Below, in pieces: positions 28,223-38,881 of a stretch of 55,989 nucleotides of DNA. The position numbers and the translations under genes were made by a program. The notes below the pieces were generated by a model, which saw only the letters and a list, made by a program, of their open reading frames with translations, was not told where the DNA came from and searched no databases. Source of the DNA: a virus (taxonomy: Duplodnaviria > Caudoviricetes); IMG/VR virus record IMGVR_UViG_3300045253_000047, positions 1 to 55,989 of that record, one strand, 5' to 3'. The first letter of the stretch is position 1. Each line of letters starts with the position of its first letter.

Positions 28223-29164
28223 TTACGCATACGTAGCAACAACCGGATAAGACGCCGAAGCGGTCGCGCCAGCCGATGTGCTGAACAGGGTATAGTTCGC
28301 GCCGATGCTGTTGAAGTCATTCGGCATAAGGTTACGCCCGCGCCCGTCATAGGAGACTGAGGCGTCCAGTGTCAGCGTTGCCGTTGCGTCAGCAGTCGGC
28401 ATAATCATTTGAATGGGGTAGGTTCCAACCGCCTGGGGAATAGGCGTCGTCGCACCTGACAACTGGCTGAGCGACAAAGACCCTGCAATCGGGCCGGGAA
28501 CGCAACCGGAGGCGATACGGTTGGTCGCGCTCTTAATCGACGGCTGAATTTGCAATCGGTTGTCCAGGGAGAATCCGAATGATCGAATACTGTCATACGT
28601 TGTCGGGCTGCCCTGCCCGTCAGTAAAGCTCATCTGATCGAAAGACGAAATACCCTTCCCGTTCAGACCGACTGTTCCCGGAGGTGTCAGTGTCGGCACT
28701 GTTAAAGTCGCTTTTGGGTCGAGTACCAGTCCGCGAATGCTGAACCGGATGAGGCAATCGCTGCCGCGTGTGCCGAAGCGTCCGGTAATCTGCAAACTTG
28801 ACCACCAGATACCGGATGCCTTAATCGCTGTACCGCTCGCGTAGGGAACGAGGTTCATAAGCCACGGCGCAAGCTGACCGGCAGTGCGGGGGCCGAAGGC
28901 TGCTGTCACGAATGCGGCGAAGCCACGATCGCCCATTACGAAGCCGTCAATCTGCAACGTGCCGAGCGCCAGACCCAGAGAGCGAACGTGCTGCAAAGCC
29001 GCCGCGTCCACTACATCCGGGTACGCGGTATTGTCGATGTCACCGAAGCGGATTGTCTCCGCTGCGAAATTGTAGACGGTGCCGACCGATGCAGCGTCAA
29101 CGGCAAAAAGGCCGTCTCCGTCGAATGCCATACGGGCTGAACCCGGCGTGAAAACTACTGCCAT
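28223..29164 (-). CDS. major tail tube protein
   Basis: 313 aa, position before chaperone, IRSFGFSLDNRL. Confidence 0.75.
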   Translation of the reverse strand: MAVVFTPGSARMAFDGDGLFAVDAASVGTVYNFAAETIRFGDIDNTAYPDVVDAAALQHVRSLGLALGTLQIDGFVMGDRGFAAFVTAAFGPRTAGQLAPWLMNLVPYASGTAIKASGIWWSSLQITGRFGTRGSDCLIRFSIRGLVLDPKATLTVPTLTPPGTVGLNGKGISSFDQMSFTDGQGSPTTYDSIRSFGFSLDNRLQIQPSIKSATNRIASGCVPGPIAGSLSLSQLSGATTPIPQAVGTYPIQMIMPTADATATLTLDASVSYDGRGRNLMPNDFNSIGANYTLFSTSAGATASASYPVVATYA

Positions 29165-29177
29165 GATTTATAACTCC

Positions 29178-29762
29178 TTAGCCGCCGAGAGCGCCCGTGC
29201 GGGCTTGATCGCTTGGTATTTGTGCGTAGTGCGTAAGCAGAATGCCTTGGCATCTGGTAACGCCTTCCGAGCTTGTCACCGGGAACCTCATAGGCATCGC
29301 CGATGATAGGTAGCACTCATTGAATTGTTGGCTGTCTTTGAGAACGCTGTTCCCGGTATTCGGGTTGACTGCGTGAATTACAGAGTTCTTCCGACTGGTG
29401 AGAAGGTCGCCGAAGTTGTCAGCAATGGAATCGAATAATAGCGCGTAGTCTTCGGGGAAACTGTCTCCCACCCATGGCGTTTTGACCATGATCTTGGTTG
29501 AAAAGTAGATGATGTAAATGCCGCCCGTCGCGATCTTCTCCCAGTGCTGAGAGCCGCCCGCGATGCAGATCGTCGGCTCGCTTATATCCATCTTGTCATA
29601 GCCGATAACGTTTGCATCATTGAAGGAAACATGACGTGCCGAATTGTCGGTAATAAGGCGTCCCATATCGACATTGACAGCGGGGACGCCTTCCGTAAGA
29701 ATGAGGTTACGCAAACATAAACGAAGTGCCTGGCGATAAGGCCAGAGCGTAGATATAGACAT
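29178..29762 (-). CDS. tail terminator-like protein
   Basis: Synteny only. Confidence 0.55.
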   Translation of the reverse strand: MSISTLWPYRQALRLCLRNLILTEGVPAVNVDMGRLITDNSARHVSFNDANVIGYDKMDISEPTICIAGGSQHWEKIATGGIYIIYFSTKIMVKTPWVGDSFPEDYALLFDSIADNFGDLLTSRKNSVIHAVNPNTGNSVLKDSQQFNECYLSSAMPMRFPVTSSEGVTRCQGILLTHYAQIPSDQARTGALGG

Positions 29763-30277
29763 TAACCTGCATCCTCGCGTATCTCAATACCGTCTAAATC
29801 CTGCCCGGTGACTTGCGCGATATACTGCCGCAATAGCTCGTGTATCTGTTCAATCTCTTCGTCTGTGATCGCCACAAGGACGCGAGCGGGCATACGTCCC
29901 GGAATGCCTTCGTCCTGATACTGCGGGTAGGGCGTCGGGAATGATGACAGGTCGATACCCGTCGTCACGCTGTCAGAGGTCAGCAGCATCGTTTCGCCGA
30001 CTTCGGCCTGTAGATGACCATGGCGTACCAAAGACTGCTCAGGAAAGCCGCCACGCGCCTTCTCCCGTAATGTGGAGGCCGCTAGAGGTGCCCACGGTTC
30101 GCCCCACGGATCGGTACTCGCTTCGAATGATTCCTGCTGCTTCTGTGAGAGAAGCATACCGATTTCGTCCAACTCGGGCGCGAAGTCGGCTAAAAGCTCC
30201 ATCAGCGGGCCGTAATCGCCATCGGGTATTAATTCCGGGTGAACGACTATCGTAAAGATCGCGGTACTACTCGGCAT
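29762..30277 (-). CDS. virion morphogenesis/tail completion protein (Mu gpG-like)
   Basis: DPWGEPWAPLAAST...LVRHGHL...MPAR. Confidence 0.85.
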   Translation of the reverse strand: MPSSTAIFTIVVHPELIPDGDYGPLMELLADFAPELDEIGMLLSQKQQESFEASTDPWGEPWAPLAASTLREKARGGFPEQSLVRHGHLQAEVGETMLLTSDSVTTGIDLSSFPTPYPQYQDEGIPGRMPARVLVAITDEEIEQIHELLRQYIAQVTGQDLDGIEIREDAG

Positions 30278-30500
30278 GATGCTCTGTACCGGTCAGTCCG
30301 ACGTTTACAGCCGACATCCCCGCCCATGAGGGCGCAGGAGATTCTACGGCAGCCACGGGAGCAACTTCCTGAACTGTCTGAGTCTCGTTTGGTGGAGGCG
30401 CGGAAATACCTTCCTGCTTCGCATTACACGACGGGCAGCGACCATCCTCTGTAAGTTCGCCGTTCTGGTGGTATCCGCAGTTTGGGCATATATTGTTCAT
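30267..30500 (-). CDS. small zinc-finger protein
   Basis: CPNCG..CPSCN; start MNNIC after AAGGA. Confidence 0.6.
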   Translation of the reverse strand: MNNICPNCGYHQNGELTEDGRCPSCNAKQEGISAPPPNETQTVQEVAPVAAVESPAPSWAGMSAVNVGLTGTEHHAE

Positions 30501-30510
30501 ATGATTTTCC

Positions 30511-30936
30511 TTATGTCTGATCGACCGGCCAGTATTCTTTGCGTACGCCGGGAGTAGGTTCATCCGCCGTCTCGGTTGTCGCACTGTCTGGTAACGCCTC
30601 ACGGTATACCGTCATAGTCAGCGTGTGGATAACGCCGCCGATGTCGCTAGGCGGCATCTTGGCGACCGTGTAATCAAGGCTGCGGGTATCCGTTGAAAGC
30701 GTGATCGTGTCACCCTCTACGGGTAGGCCAGAGGCAAAATCGGACGGCGATACAGTCACGCGCCGTATATCGGCGTTTGCAGCGTTAATGCCGATCTCAA
30801 TAGCAACGTCCCCAACCTCGCGCCGTTCGAGCGCATTGATAACGGCGGGGTACGAGTTACCATTCCAGACGATGCGTGCGCCGTAGTTCGTGCGGAACTG
30901 CCGCATCGTGGTCGCGAATGTATCAGCGAGTGGCAT
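30511..30936 (-). CDS. head closure protein
   Basis: PVEGDTIT..YTV; synteny. Confidence 0.6.
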   Translation of the reverse strand: MPLADTFATTMRQFRTNYGARIVWNGNSYPAVINALERREVGDVAIEIGINAANADIRRVTVSPSDFASGLPVEGDTITLSTDTRSLDYTVAKMPPSDIGGVIHTLTMTVYREALPDSATTETADEPTPGVRKEYWPVDQT

Positions 30937-30939
30937 GGG

Positions 30940-31254
30940 TTATTCCGTAGGCGCGGCAGGCAGATCAGTTGTGGGCGGATCGGCGATGGGCGTTGCCGAA
31001 GCCCGTACGGTTGCAATCGCCTGAGTGATCGCCTGATCGACATACGATCCGACAAACGGCCAGATGATGTCAATTGCCCATCCGATCTTACCGCGTATCG
31101 CGTGTTTGATAGTGCCGTCTTCCTGGGAGAGCAGTTGTGCATCAGTCGCGCCGGGATTTATGGCAAGCTGAACGGTCACGAGAGCCACAATGGTATTGGC
31201 GACTTCGTTAATGCCGAACGCCTTCAAAATTGCGAGTATAGTCTGATTATTCAT
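30940..31254 (-). CDS. hypothetical protein
   Basis: ORF in late operon. Confidence 0.65.
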   Translation of the reverse strand: MNNQTILAILKAFGINEVANTIVALVTVQLAINPGATDAQLLSQEDGTIKHAIRGKIGWAIDIIWPFVGSYVDQAITQAIATVRASATPIADPPTTDLPAAPTE

Positions 31255-31263
31255 ATGGTTTTC

Positions 31264-31710
31264 CTATATTTGAAAATAGGGTCTTCGCCGTATTGGCGAG
31301 CCACTGTAAGCCGTGTCGTTTGGGTCTGGTGAGAAGTTCGGTACGACTGTCGGGTTTGCCGTGATCATCGCACCCACCAATACGCCAATGGCTCCGTTTG
31401 CTATACCCTCGATCTTGGATATTTCTTCGTCACAGACCTTCCGCATCGCCCGGAAGTTCAATCCTTGTTGACTGAGTTTTACTTCCTGTTGGTCATCTGT
31501 CACGTCCACACTGAGAGCGCTGCGGCCTATGAGCACATTAAGCAGTTGGCGTAAAGAGTATAGGTATTGCAGACGAGGTGCGACAAGTGCTTTATCGGCG
31601 AAGGAGTCCCAAACGTCGGGAACAATCTGGAAAAGATCGTCGGAAGGCTGAGTAAGGTTCAATTCGATCCTTAGCAGCCTCACCGATGTAGTTTTGTCAA
31701 ACTGTTCCAT
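31264..31710 (-). CDS. head-tail adaptor candidate
   Basis: Helical 148 aa; synteny. Confidence 0.55.
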   Translation of the reverse strand: MEQFDKTTSVRLLRIELNLTQPSDDLFQIVPDVWDSFADKALVAPRLQYLYSLRQLLNVLIGRSALSVDVTDDQQEVKLSQQGLNFRAMRKVCDEEISKIEGIANGAIGVLVGAMITANPTVVPNFSPDPNDTAYSGSPIRRRPYFQI

Positions 31711-31713
31711 AGA

Positions 31714-32115
31714 TTAGACCTTTGGCGCATCTGTGCCGAGAGGGGTTCCAGGGGTTGATACGGGCGCGGAAGTGACTGCCTCATTAACCGTCTCCGCAAG
31801 CTCCGAAGGCGATGCGTCAACGTGTGGTGTGATGCCGATATGCTTCAACGCGCCCAAAAGGAACGTCTCGACCTTCGACAACTCACCGACAAAGAATTCA
31901 CGCTCGGGGTCGCTTACGGGCACTGCGGCGGCGGCGGCTTCCGCGTTCGGAGTGATGCCGCTCACGATCTCGATTGCGCCCTGCGCGAGAAGGCGAGACA
32001 CTTCATACCCAGTCTCCTCGGCAATGAAAGTCTCACCTTTTGCGAATGCGCCTACCTGGTCAACGAGTACGCGGCATACCGTTTGCGACGTGTCTGTTTT
32101 CTTGGCTCCTGCCAT
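31714..32115 (-). CDS. hypothetical protein after capsid gene
   Basis: AAGGAG RBS; RLLAQGAIE motif. Confidence 0.7.
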   Translation of the reverse strand: MAGAKKTDTSQTVCRVLVDQVGAFAKGETFIAEETGYEVSRLLAQGAIEIVSGITPNAEAAAAAVPVSDPEREFFVGELSKVETFLLGALKHIGITPHVDASPSELAETVNEAVTSAPVSTPGTPLGTDAPKV

Positions 32116-32125
32116 TGATTACTCC

Positions 32126-33154
32126 TTAAACCGTCATAATGACGATAGCAGACGGGAAGTACAGTACCGGGCCACCGTTGTGGCCGTCGTGAACTTCGAA
32201 CTTCGGCGGGACAACCTTGTCTTCGATGATAACCTTGGTATACGGGCCGGTGCCGAAGCCGGGGTTGTTGATATTGGGTACCGTGCGGTATCCGCCGATG
32301 CGGACACCACCAGGACGCTTACCGATTACGATTACCTTATTGTTCGGTATGAACAACTGGAATGACCCTGCAGTATTCCCGTCCGTACCATCCGAGAGAT
32401 ATCCCTCGTCGTAGACGGCAATCTGCGGGAGATCGTCCATCGCAAGCAGTCGGTTAATGTCGGGCAAACTGTTCGCCGTCGCCAATCCCGCCACGCGCCG
32501 ACCGTAGAAGTCAGCAGCGTTGGTATTGGACAAGATCGCGTTAACAGTGGCACGGTTCATAAACGCGACTGCGCCCGCACCGAAGTTCACGCTATGCCCA
32601 CGCGACTTGAGTTGAACGGCGCGGAAGTCGGCGAGCGGTGTCGCTGTTGCCGCCGTTGCCCACGTGACGCCCGCTGAGAACGTCTGTGGCGAGTAGGTGT
32701 CCGTAGCCATGACAGCGCCGTTCGGCCCTGCAACGGAGTACGTACCCTGGAGGATCGACCACAGGATTTGCTCGATCCGGTCAACGCGCCGCCCCAGAAG
32801 ATGCCGCTGCGCGCCCATGACAAGATCGGTCAGCGGTATCTGATTACCGAAGGTGCCATACTGACGCCGAGTGAGGATTGTCTGCTCGTCGAGCAGTTTG
32901 AACTCACCGTATACCCCAGGCTGTGCCATATATCGTTTCGCACCGACCATGTTCACACGCGTCGGAGCGCCGTCAAGTCCGCGAATCTGCTGGAGTCCTT
33001 GGAAGTTATCTTCCTGCTCCCACATGAGCAGATATTCCTCGCTCGTCTCCATCGGCATGTACTGAAAGATGGGGCGATCCGCTTCGAGACGCGGAATTAA
33101 ATCCTGCTCGATCTGCTTAAGCTCTGCGCTTGTTGGTATTCCAAATGTAGCCAA
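32126..33154 (-). CDS. major capsid protein (lambda gpE-like)
   Basis: 342 aa; RRVDRIE, WATAATATPLAD, IAVYDEGY, GPYTK; TTG start. Confidence 0.9.
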   Translation of the reverse strand: MATFGIPTSAELKQIEQDLIPRLEADRPIFQYMPMETSEEYLLMWEQEDNFQGLQQIRGLDGAPTRVNMVGAKRYMAQPGVYGEFKLLDEQTILTRRQYGTFGNQIPLTDLVMGAQRHLLGRRVDRIEQILWSILQGTYSVAGPNGAVMATDTYSPQTFSAGVTWATAATATPLADFRAVQLKSRGHSVNFGAGAVAFMNRATVNAILSNTNAADFYGRRVAGLATANSLPDINRLLAMDDLPQIAVYDEGYLSDGTDGNTAGSFQLFIPNNKVIVIGKRPGGVRIGGYRTVPNINNPGFGTGPYTKVIIEDKVVPPKFEVHDGHNGGPVLYFPSAIVIMTV

Positions 33155-33216
33155 AGTAATATTCTCCTATAAACAAACAAGCTGACGGGTTTAGGCCAGC
33201 TTGGAAAGCGCAAAGA

Positions 33217-33981
33217 TTAAGGCAGGCAAAGAATGCCGTTTGATACGTTGCCGGATACGAACCGCGCCTTAAGTACCGTCACGGCGTTGCTGTCCAGTCC
33301 GACAAGATCGGTCGTCTGGAAATAGCCGCTTATCCAGACCGGCGCGGTCAGATAGGTCTGCCCGAACTCGCCACCCGCCTGTGAAGACGTGGAGGAGAAG
33401 GTGACATTGCTGCTCGCGTCCGTCTGCATGTCATACATGGCAATCGCCTTCGGTGTCTGCGTGCCGTCTGTGTTGGTGGAGAGGTACGGGCCGAATACGC
33501 CGGCGCTCACAGTGCCAGTAGTGGTCGAAGCGATGGTCGTACCCGTGCCGCCCGTCGTGCTGTCCTGTAGCGTCCAGGCAACCGGCTTCGCGCCGTAGGC
33601 GTTCCCGGCAGTGAGCAGGATTGTACCGATGCCTGCGGTCAACGCCACTGCAGTAGGTACAAAGTTGTGGCCACCACCCGGAGCGCCGAAGGCGGTATCA
33701 ATCGCGGTCTGAATATTGGCAAGCAGTGTCGCGTTCGTTGCGCTCCATGTGATTGCACCGGTGACAATGCTATTGGTCGTGAGCGTAAACGTACCGCCCG
33801 AAGTCGAAGCTGTGATCGTGATCGTCGAAGTGGCATTCACGCCACCGACTTCCGCGAGGATTGTACCGCGCGGGATGTTCTTCGATGCCTGGAAGGTCAC
33901 GGCAGTAAACCGCGCCAAGTCGGGGTAAATCGCCGGTTCCAGTTTGAGGTTAGAGAAAGTTGTCTGTGCTGATGTCGGCAT
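33217..33981 (-). CDS. head decoration protein (gpD-like) with inserted domain
   Basis: IPRGTILA...DGTQTPKAI...SGYF...LVG. Confidence 0.85.
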   Translation of the reverse strand: MPTSAQTTFSNLKLEPAIYPDLARFTAVTFQASKNIPRGTILAEVGGVNATSTITITASTSGGTFTLTTNSIVTGAITWSATNATLLANIQTAIDTAFGAPGGGHNFVPTAVALTAGIGTILLTAGNAYGAKPVAWTLQDSTTGGTGTTIASTTTGTVSAGVFGPYLSTNTDGTQTPKAIAMYDMQTDASSNVTFSSTSSQAGGEFGQTYLTAPVWISGYFQTTDLVGLDSNAVTVLKARFVSGNVSNGILCLP

Positions 33982-35427
33982 TTACTTGCCCTCCTTGAGA
34001 ATTATCTTGCCTTCGGGTGTCATGGCAAGCAGTTCGGCCCGTCGTTCGGCGCTCATCGGTTTATCCGACGCCGCCTGCGGGTTTTCGCGCGTTCCACCGG
34101 TCGCGCCAGCGTCGGGGATTACGACGGTAGCGCCAGCCGCACCGTTTGGCATCTCGCCTAATAGTGCGTGCGACGGCCGCTTGGCCTGTCGTGCCACGAG
34201 AGCCTCAACGCGAGATGCCCCGCCGTGATTGCTGTCATCGGCGTACGCCTGCATGTAGGATGCAATCAAGCCTTCACGCTCAACGGCATGAGCGCGAGCG
34301 CCCGCAATCTCGCCATTGGCGAAGGCTTCCGCGTCCTTGCGAACGACGGTTGCCTGTAGTGACGCGACCTTGGCCTGTTCAGCCGCGAGAGCCGCCTGCA
34401 AAGCGATGGCTTCCGGTGTTGGAGCAGTGGCCGCTGCGGCTTGCGCCGGGGCTGTCACGGTTGTAGCTACGGCATCATCGGGTACACCCGCGAGCCATTC
34501 CTTAAATGCGGCAATGGGACTTGCCATAGTTTCTTTCTCCTTGTTTGCTATGTCAGCCTTTGCCGACTTGGAAAGTATCGCCCCCGATTGAATGAGTGCG
34601 ATAACGTCGTCTTCATGCGCGATCCGGTCAATTAAGCCGTTCGCAAGTGCCTCTTCGGCGGTGAACATGCGGCCATCCGCGAGAGCGGCCACCGCGTCAT
34701 TATCCATTCCGCGACCTGTCGCAACGGCACTAACGAACATGCCCGCGAGCTTGTCAACGATGTCCTGCTGTTTTGATTTGAGATTATCAGACACCTTCGC
34801 GCCCGGTGTGATGCCGCCCTTGAATTTCCCGCTCGTGATCTCGTCGATATCCACGCCCGCATTCACCGCCGCACGGGAGCTATCTCTAACCGATGTAACA
34901 ACGCCGATGCTGCCCACCCATGCGGTAGGAGTGCAGACGATCTCGGAACACTGCGAGGCCACCCAGTAAGCAGCGGACGCGCCCACGCTGGACACGAACG
35001 CGATAAGCGGCTTGGATTGCGCGAAGTCAGCAAACGCCTTCCCTAGATCATCGGTGCCGTTCACATCGCCGCCGCCGCTCGTGATGTAGACAATGCCCGC
35101 TTCGATATCGGCGTCCTTGTCAGCCGCCCTCACCTGGGCGCGTACCTCCATGGTCGAAGTGCCGCCGATGATCGACTGCATACTGTTTGCCTGCCGCGTC
35201 ATCGGGCCGTCAATCGTGAACACGGCCATATTGCCGACGCGCTCGAAATTACCTTCGCGTGAGGGCTTGCCCGATCCTGACGCGCGAGCCGCCTGATATT
35301 CCCGCATGTGAGCGCCTATGTCCACATGCTCCATGATAGAGAGGTATCGTTGCGCCTCGCCGCTCTCGATTGCCCATACTGAGCCGTACGCGCCGAGCAG
35401 GGCCGCCTGAGCGTTATTTAGTGGCAT
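33982..35427 (-). CDS. S49 head maturation protease fused to scaffold
   Basis: SGGGDV, GASAAYWVAS, GSIGV, GLID. Confidence 0.92.
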   Translation of the reverse strand: MPLNNAQAALLGAYGSVWAIESGEAQRYLSIMEHVDIGAHMREYQAARASGSGKPSREGNFERVGNMAVFTIDGPMTRQANSMQSIIGGTSTMEVRAQVRAADKDADIEAGIVYITSGGGDVNGTDDLGKAFADFAQSKPLIAFVSSVGASAAYWVASQCSEIVCTPTAWVGSIGVVTSVRDSSRAAVNAGVDIDEITSGKFKGGITPGAKVSDNLKSKQQDIVDKLAGMFVSAVATGRGMDNDAVAALADGRMFTAEEALANGLIDRIAHEDDVIALIQSGAILSKSAKADIANKEKETMASPIAAFKEWLAGVPDDAVATTVTAPAQAAAATAPTPEAIALQAALAAEQAKVASLQATVVRKDAEAFANGEIAGARAHAVEREGLIASYMQAYADDSNHGGASRVEALVARQAKRPSHALLGEMPNGAAGATVVIPDAGATGGTRENPQAASDKPMSAERRAELLAMTPEGKIILKEGK

Positions 35428-36970
35428 TATTTGCGCCTCCTGTCTTTGCTGGTACTGCGGGAGCAGGTTTCGCCGCGAGTGCCGTTGCTGCCGCTTGCTT
35501 CTTTTCGATCCATCCCGCCGCGCGGGCCGGTAGCCCTAAGTCCTGGTCGATATGGTCATACTGGCTATCATCGAGGTATCCGGCAGTCGCCAGCGCCGCA
35601 ATCGCCGTTGCCGCTTCGGCAAAGTCCTGGCTCTCTGTATCGCCAAGCGTGACAATCGGCATCAGGTCAAGCGCGTCCTCACCGAAGTTGTATTTGACCA
35701 ATGGCCGGAGTATGTCCGTCACGATCATGTCAACCGTGGTTTGCTTGCCGTACGCCACGATAAGCGCCATGATGTCCTGGTGGACTTCGCCGGCGCTCTT
35801 TGACTGGTGTTTGGCCTCATTGCTTGCCAGCGTCTGCAAAAGTATGCGCTTGGATATTTGACTGTCGAGATACGCCACGAATGAGGAGAACGCCACGCCG
35901 TCACGCTTCGCCTCGAATATCTCAATCTCGCTCCCATACGGCAGCGCCAACGATGACGCGTTCTTCCAACTCTCAAGCGCCGTGAGCATCGCCTGTTCAG
36001 GCTGAATGACTACGCCGGTAGGATTACCGTTCGCGTCCACCACGGGAACCGGCTGGGCCTTCTCGCTGACGGTGCCAGCCACGGACGGCGTAGCGAACAA
36101 GGTCGCATATTTCAGCCATTCGCCATAAAGCTGCTGTTTCAGCCACCACGGGGTATACGCGCCTCTCAGGTGAGATGTACCGCGCGGGTCGCCATTCTTC
36201 GAACGCCACGTAAACACCGCGAACTTCTCGCGCGGTAGCAGGTTCTGCACCTTGCCGGGATCGCCGTAGTATCCGCCTATCGCGACAGGGTATCCTTGCC
36301 CTGGTATCAATCCCATGAGGCCGATCACGTTGGAATATGCGTCGATTACAAACGCAGTTGACTCCCGCGACTTGACCTTGATCGCTTTCAACGCCAGCAT
36401 GTTAGCGAGTGGGCCGGTATCGGGAACCTCATAAATCAACTCTGCTACTTTGTTACCGTAAGCAATACCGTTAAGCATCTCGTCAAGCGTCTGCATGATG
36501 GGGCGCTGTAGCCGATCGAGGCATCGTGAGCAAAAATCGGCAATCGTCTTCGACTGATCGGATGATTGGCGCGGCTTGTTTCCAAACAGGGACGGGGTAG
36601 ATTTATCGTCTTTTTCGTCTTCTTTGGGCAGGATTTTCAATTCGTCGCGAAGGATGCCCATTTTCAGCGTGTCGAAATCGGCTGCTACCTGGGCATCCAG
36701 CAGCATCCGCTCGTAAAGGTCGGGGCCGAAATCACGGGTTACATCGTCGATATACCACGGCAGGGATTGCAGGAACCGCGTCAGCCAAAGATCGCCTCCA
36801 GCTGCAACGTATTCAAGGCGCGGGTCAGCTTGCACACTACCAGAGATGATCGTCTCACCCTTCACGAGTTGAGACGTGCCGGCGATTGGAATCTGAGTTT
36901 TGACCTGCTCGACTATCGCGACCGAGTTTGTCCCCTTCTTTTCAAGCGTGGTATCTGTTTTAGCCATTAT
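35414..36970 (-). CDS. portal protein (DUF935/Mu gp29-like)
   Basis: YGNKVAELIY, GTSHLR, DSQISKRIL, GEVHQD. Confidence 0.9.
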   Translation of the reverse strand: MMAKTDTTLEKKGTNSVAIVEQVKTQIPIAGTSQLVKGETIISGSVQADPRLEYVAAGGDLWLTRFLQSLPWYIDDVTRDFGPDLYERMLLDAQVAADFDTLKMGILRDELKILPKEDEKDDKSTPSLFGNKPRQSSDQSKTIADFCSRCLDRLQRPIMQTLDEMLNGIAYGNKVAELIYEVPDTGPLANMLALKAIKVKSRESTAFVIDAYSNVIGLMGLIPGQGYPVAIGGYYGDPGKVQNLLPREKFAVFTWRSKNGDPRGTSHLRGAYTPWWLKQQLYGEWLKYATLFATPSVAGTVSEKAQPVPVVDANGNPTGVVIQPEQAMLTALESWKNASSLALPYGSEIEIFEAKRDGVAFSSFVAYLDSQISKRILLQTLASNEAKHQSKSAGEVHQDIMALIVAYGKQTTVDMIVTDILRPLVKYNFGEDALDLMPIVTLGDTESQDFAEAATAIAALATAGYLDDSQYDHIDQDLGLPARAAGWIEKKQAAATALAAKPAPAVPAKTGGANNATK

Positions 36971-38487
36971 GTGTACTGCTTGTACTGTTGCCACGACGGG
37001 CGAGCGGACGGGGCGGTATTACGATTAAGAGCGGCTATGCCAGCGTTAGGCGACAATGTGAGAATACCGCGCGGTGGCCCTGCAACGGCTGCACCACGCC
37101 TTCCCCACGCCTCCATGATGCCATACCGGGCGCAATCGTAAAAGTCATCGCCTCCGAGCCCCTCCTCGTCCGTATCGACTTTGAGAACGTCTTCGGGCCG
37201 GTGGGGGTCGTGCTGCAAGCTTGGGATCGTTTCAATCAGTCCCGCGCACCGCGAGGTAATGAACAGTCTCGGCTCAATCCGGTTGGCCTCGCTGTCCACA
37301 TCGCCGAAGCGGTTAAGCATCTCACCAGCGCCGTTGAGCCTGTCCATGTTGGCACTCGTTAGGATAATGCCGCATTCCGCGTATGCGTCCGCAATGGTCG
37401 CCCCGGTTACTCCTCGTTTTGCAAACACGTCATCACCAGCTACAAAGCCGGTGAGCTGGTGTATGACGATACCGTTTCGGTCAAGCATCGCGAATATTGA
37501 GTCTGCGTGCCGAGCCGGCAGCCATCCGCGTTCCGCGTGCTCATCTAAAATGAATATCGTGCCGTCGTTATCCTGCGCTATGAGGTGGCAAACCGTGTAA
37601 TGCGTGAAACCGTAGTCGAGAGCGCACCACACGCGCCAAGAACGCGGGATCGTGCCGATATGGTCAATTATGTGCGTCTCGCGCCGGAAGTTGGTGAAAT
37701 ACTGCCCCGCCGCTATATCCCAGTCACCATGCCGCCAAGCCTTGAGTTGCCATCCGATGAGGCTGTCCAGTGTCGCGCGGTACTCGGGGTTAATAAACGC
37801 GTTGTCGTCGATTGTGGATTGAATAAAGCGGGTCGTCGTCTCCGTGCCGTTTCGATACGGTTCGATGAATTTCGCCTTATAGTAGGCGTGTCCGATATTG
37901 CCGGGGTTCGTGGTCGAATACATCCGGGGCCGGAAATTGCGCTTGGAGGTACGGTTACAAGTGCGGATAGATTTATACTTGGAGCTTGAGAGCGTGGTAC
38001 ACTCCTCCACCCCGATGGCGTCATACTCAAGGCCGAGGTACGCGTCGATGTCGCTCTCCGCCTGGTAATGGCCGAGAATGATACGGGAGCGGTTGGGGAA
38101 ATCGAGAACGCCGTCACCGCGCCGGTACGTGCATTTTACGTGCTGCAATACCCGCATCCGCAAGTCTTCGAAGTTCTCCCGGTTGGCCTTCCCCACCTTA
38201 CGGAGCATCAGGCATTTAAGCTCTGGCACCCTTACGCAGTCATCAGCGCCCATCTGGGCAAGCATCCAGTGAGATTTAGCCCCGCCTCTCGCGCCGCCGA
38301 AGCCGATCTCCGTGGGGCCGTCCGCATCATCGCACATGCGAGCCGCCGCGCTTGCGAGGAGTTGCTTAGTCTGTAGCACGATGCCAGCGCGTAGAAAGTT
38401 TTCTGCCTGATCTTGAGGGCATCCTGCCGCCTTCGCGTCTCTCAGATACCTCTCAAGTTTCGGGTTGGGGGTCGTCGGCATAGACAT
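36967..38487 (-). CDS. terL: terminase large subunit
   Basis: Walker A GGARGGAKS, IGVEE, TTNPG, ALDYG, DFYDCARY. Confidence 0.95.
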   Translation of the reverse strand: MSMPTTPNPKLERYLRDAKAAGCPQDQAENFLRAGIVLQTKQLLASAAARMCDDADGPTEIGFGGARGGAKSHWMLAQMGADDCVRVPELKCLMLRKVGKANRENFEDLRMRVLQHVKCTYRRGDGVLDFPNRSRIILGHYQAESDIDAYLGLEYDAIGVEECTTLSSSKYKSIRTCNRTSKRNFRPRMYSTTNPGNIGHAYYKAKFIEPYRNGTETTTRFIQSTIDDNAFINPEYRATLDSLIGWQLKAWRHGDWDIAAGQYFTNFRRETHIIDHIGTIPRSWRVWCALDYGFTHYTVCHLIAQDNDGTIFILDEHAERGWLPARHADSIFAMLDRNGIVIHQLTGFVAGDDVFAKRGVTGATIADAYAECGIILTSANMDRLNGAGEMLNRFGDVDSEANRIEPRLFITSRCAGLIETIPSLQHDPHRPEDVLKVDTDEEGLGGDDFYDCARYGIMEAWGRRGAAVAGPPRGILTLSPNAGIAALNRNTAPSARPSWQQYKQYT

Positions 38488-38881
38488 GATCTAACGCTTT
38501 TTCGATGGCTATAGGCAGCTGGTTGACCTGCATGATATCGCTCGGCAATCCCCTGAGCGTGTTCATTTTATCGGTCGCAATAGCGGCCCCAGTCATAAGC
38601 TGCAAATACGTTGCATCCCCAATTGCTACCCCCGCATACTCAAGAGCTTCGTACGCCATCTTCTCAAATATGTCGGCAAGGTCGCCTTTTTTCTTCTCAG
38701 TTTTGGCGGGCACGTCTTTGCTTATGCCTTCTCCGTCAATCCACCGCTGTAGTGTGCTACGGGGTACTTGACAGTCCTTGGCGGTTTTCCGCTTGTTGCC
38801 GTTATTGGCCGCGAGATACGCGAGTGCTACAGCGCGATCATCCTCAGTATATTCTCGCTTAGGTTTTCCTACTACTCCCAT
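38453..38881 (-). CDS. terS: terminase small subunit (HTH)
   Basis: N-terminal HTH, overlaps terL. Confidence 0.75.
   Translation of the reverse strand: MGVVGKPKREYTEDDRAVALAYLAANNGNKRKTAKDCQVPRSTLQRWIDGEGISKDVPAKTEKKKGDLADIFEKMAYEALEYAGVAIGDATYLQLMTGAAIATDKMNTLRGLPSDIMQVNQLPIAIEKALDHVYADDPQPET

Noticed and set aside
14696-38862. Many 60-210 aa ORFs overlapping structural genes
   Set aside because: Antisense or off-frame shadows in GC-rich coding DNA without motifs
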